DNA from: Carpediemonas membranifera BICM
Taxonomy: Eukaryota > Protista > Fornicata
Direction: 5' to 3'
NCBI GenBank assembly: GCA_019828565.1
Contig: JAHDYR010000052.1
Coordinates: 1-62,183 of the forward strand
DNA length: 62,183 bases
The notes under the pieces are model-generated. The model had not been told where the DNA came from and did not search any database. It worked only from the letters and a program-made list of their open reading frames with translations. Position 1 is the first letter of the stretch; each line of letters begins with the position of its first letter. A program made the position numbers and the translations under genes. Of the stretch, positions 58,727-62,183 are shown piece after piece.

Positions 58727-59060
58727 TGCCTTTGTCCTGTTTCCTTATCCTGCGAATTCCCCAGAATTTGGGAGCCCCAGCTTCCCGCTCCTCTCCTGCT
58801 ATCCTTGTCCTAACAAGGGGGCCTAGATGCCGGTCTCGGTGACCCTTGTCAGGCCAACCTTGTTACCACCTGGTGACCTTCCATTCTTCGGGCAGGGTAC
58901 TTAGGAGGGGGACGATATGACGTGACCCCCCTTTGGCTGCCGCTACAGCCTACCGGCAGTGCATTTCAGCTAATGCCGGGCCCTGGGTGGGAGCCAGGGC
59001 TTGTGAATTATAAAGAAAATGTTGCTTGTTCCTTGAAAGAATACTGCTTTTACCATGTCC

Positions 59061-62000
59061 TTACTCCTCCTCCGTGGACTCCCCACTGCCGCTGCAGCTG
59101 TCCTCGGCCTGACTCACTTGCTGTCCTTGTAGACTCTGCATTACCGTGATGAACTGGGTCATCAGGTCCATGGGTGAGATCTGCTTGGCCTTCTTAGCCT
59201 TCTTGTGCTTGTGCCGGGGGATCGTGGGCTTCTCCTTGCTGGGCTTAGTCGCGACGCCGGAGAGCACCAACCTTCCGTGGCCTTGCTCTTGCATGAGTCG
59301 GGCAGCCTTGAGCGCTGAGATCTCTTGTTGCGCCTCTGCCAACTGCTTTCGGAGCCGCAGCTTCTCCGAGTCCATGCCGGTTGCCTGTCTGCTTCCAGAC
59401 TCCCAGTCCATGTCCTCTTCGTGCCTGCTTCTCTTTCCGCTGTCCGAGTCCATGATCCTACTCGTGCTGCCCTCCTTGCGCTTGAGCGTCGTGGAGGAAG
59501 AGTGATCCTTGCTGTTGTCCATGCCTCCCTCTGAGCCTCTACCGGCCCAGGTGTTCCCGCTGAACGAGCCTCTCATCTGCGTTCCCGTGTTGTCCTGTCT
59601 CTCCCTGTCGTCTCCTCCGTGGTTACGATCCGAGGTCCTGTTCATGTTACCAGCTCTGTCGCCGGTTCTGTCGTCAGCTCTGACACCAGCTCTACCGCCG
59701 GCTCCGTGTCCTACCCTTCTGTCCTCTTCCCTGTCTCCATGCTGGTCGTGATGTCCTTGATCCGCGTCCTGGCCGAAGTGCCTGCCCACCATCCTGGTGC
59801 TAATCCGCCTCGCCTTTTCCTCCAGGCCGTTGTCGAAGAACCTACTTTGGTATGGCTGTTCGGACTTTCCGTCGATGGTGGGGACATACGTGATGCCTGG
59901 GACATTGACTGTGTTGGCTCTGGGCTCGTCCGGGATAGCTGCCGAGACTAGTCTGGCCCCTTCCTTGCGCATGCGGCTTAGGATGGTCCCAGCCTCGCTG
60001 ACCCTGACCATGCCCCCAGTCTCTCGGGATGAAGCTCGCCCCTAGGGTGATCCTACCCCTGTTCCTGGGGGCCTTGACGTTGACTATGACCTTCTCATAG
60101 TCCCTGAGGCTCTCTGCTAGGTCGTCGCAGCCCCAGACTCCTTGATGAGCCGTAGCCTCCTTCGAGGGCCACCACTCGTATAGCATGGCCATGGTTATGA
60201 TGTCCTCCTCCCTTGCTGCCCCTAGGCCCTTCCTGACGCGTACCATGCGGAGCTGGTTAGCCGTGGCTCTTTCCATGATGGTCCATAGCGGGCTTCTCTC
60301 CAGTACACCTTCGTTGTCCATGATTGTGAGGGGGCCAGTAAGATGCCCTTCATGCCCAACAGAACCTCCCCCGAACCCGAAGCCGATGCCGAAGCGGTGT
60401 CCGTTGTCCGGGACTACGAGGATCCTGTCGCCGACTTCCCCTGCTGACGTCCCTTGCGTCCCCGATCGGGTACGTGCCGAAGATCTCAAAGGTGTCCCTC
60501 CTTGTCGCGAATTCCGGGCCTCCCATGATATCCATGCCCGGCTCCGCCTTCCCGACTGCTTCCATGGTCTTGTCGAGTGCCTTTACCCATGTAGTGGTAG
60601 ACGTCTGGGGTGCTCATCCTCTCCTTGCATAGGGCCCTGATCCTGGCTGTGAAGACTACTGTATCCGCCAACCCACAGTGGTAGCAACCCGCGGTGTGTC
60701 TGTGGTACGGACAGACTCCCTTGGGCTCGCTCCTGTTCTGCCATCCATTTGACCATGTTGTTACTGCTTCCAGGTAGTTGGCCTTGTCGAGGTTGTCCCT
60801 GAGGTTTTGGCCAGCCTCCCTCCCTTGCCGTTGTTCTCCAGGATCTCTGGTAGCTTCTTCTCGTCCACCAGCCTAGCTTGGAAGAATTCCCTGGTTCCTT
60901 GCTCCAGTCCATTTGTGGGGTTCGTGAGGAGGAAGCTTTCCATCTCCACCCCCTTTGCATACATGATTATCTTCCAACCCTCCGACCTTTCGATCCTTGC
61001 CAGCTGAGCCGCCAGGCGGTTGGCCCAGTCCCTGAAAGTATGTATGTGCTTCTCATACTCGATCGGCGGCCGCCCCGTCCCGACCTCCACGAAGGTGGCC
61101 GGCGGCAGCCCTCGTCACTGCCCATGCCGTGTACCTCGCTTGGTCCATGCTTGCTGCCGGTATGTCCTGGTAATACAGGCCATGCCCGTGTCCAAGAATG
61201 TCCCCAGTGCTGAGGTCAAGAGTACGATCCCGCCCTCAACCGGGATGGCAGGGATCCCTGCCTTCTTGACGCCAGGGTCTGCGCACTCGAAGTCGATGGC
61301 TCCGATCACCAGTCGTTTCTCCTTGTCCTTTCTAGGCATCCTCGGCGGCTGGCTGCTGACCTTGTTTGAGTCGACCTCCTCGTCCTGGTCGATCTTGCCT
61401 TGGTTGGCCCCGACCATGTCCTTGTTCACTTCCAGGAGGCTGTCGTCGAGGCTTCTTCTGCCGGGCATGGTGGCCTGCTGGCGTCGTTCCTCCTTGTCCT
61501 TGACATGTTGCTCCTCGTCTCCGTCGATGACCGTGCTAGCGGACGACCTGTCCAGATCGGCATGTTCGTCCCTATTGCTGCGGACCGAGGTGGCCTTGAG
61601 CACTTCCAGCCTCACCTTCCGGAACGGCGGCTCGTTGCTAAGGGGGTCTCCTCCCTTCGCCCAGGATATTGGTTCTGCCCTTCAGGTAGATCCCTGACTT
61701 GTTCCATGCTGCCTGCCATATGGCCGGGGCCTCCGGTGCCTGAAGCCTGAGGATGTCCCTAGCCTCCTCCATGAAGCGGCTGATGGACCATGCTGACGTG
61801 TCGCTTAGCTCTAGGATGACCCTGTACTTGCCGTCCTCTTGCTCGTAGGCCGCACTCTGGTGACCGGGCCTTGGTTTGCCGGATCCCATACCTTGTCGTA
61901 AGGCACGCCTTCTACGGCCTCGTCTCCATGAGCCCCTGATACCAGTATGAACGACCCTTCGGCCTTCTTGACGCTGTCCCTGTCTACATCCCATTCGATG

Positions 62001-62183
62001 GGCCCATCTTCCTTCGGCCGGAGGATCGCCGTCTCGATGTCCTTCTCAGATGGCCATCTTGCCATGCCAGTGAAGCCCGCTTTCAGCGTCTTGGGCTCCA
62101 GTGCCTGTGCCATGTCCTTTGCTTCCTCGTCTCTGGGGTTGAGGCGCCTCTGTGAGTATCATGTAGAAAAGATCGCCCAGGTG
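59061..62183 (-). pseudogene. LINE-B ORF1, frameshifted, with exonuclease domain at ~60650-61312
   Basis: GAIDFE, PVEGG, YAKGVEME, GVCPYHRHTAGCYHCGLAD; collinear with LINE-A ORF1. Confidence 0.75.

Larger units (their letters stand above)
56698..62183 (-). mobile_element. LINE-B copy 2, lacking RT, runs off the window
   Basis: Same tail and insertion point as copy 1; retains ORF1 and the full APE domain. Confidence 0.92.

Noticed and set aside
1-62183. Prokaryotic RT system (retron, DGR, group II intron) or telomeric repeats
   Set aside because: RT motifs with APE/RLE domains, tails and TSDs are eukaryotic retrotransposon features, and no telomere-type repeat tract is visible.

Overview
Eukaryotic retrotransposon cluster, probably from a protist (GC-rich, no introns seen); no host gene is recognisable. 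The backbone is two divergently oriented head-to-tail arrays of a ~4.3-kb CRE/SLACS-like non-LTR element (one ORF: N-terminal module, 93-bp repeat linker, RT with YQDD, CCHC knuckle, restriction-like endonuclease). Four units lie on - (1-11602) and six on + (20995-56697). Units are joined by a ~197-bp near-invariant spacer with no poly(A), and they are mosaics of interchangeable diverged modules. Only 27774-31841 is intact. Nested in or between them are three related APE-type LINE families with (TTTC)n tails (here A, B, C), three short 3'-end retrocopies and a truncated DIRS-like element. Best lead: ORF1 of all three LINE families carries a DEDDh-type exonuclease signature with an E-C-H-C zinc motif resembling Maelstrom and arenavirus nucleoprotein. 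Family assignments come from motif recognition by eye, not database searches. Many frameshifts fall in homopolymers and may be long-read errors.
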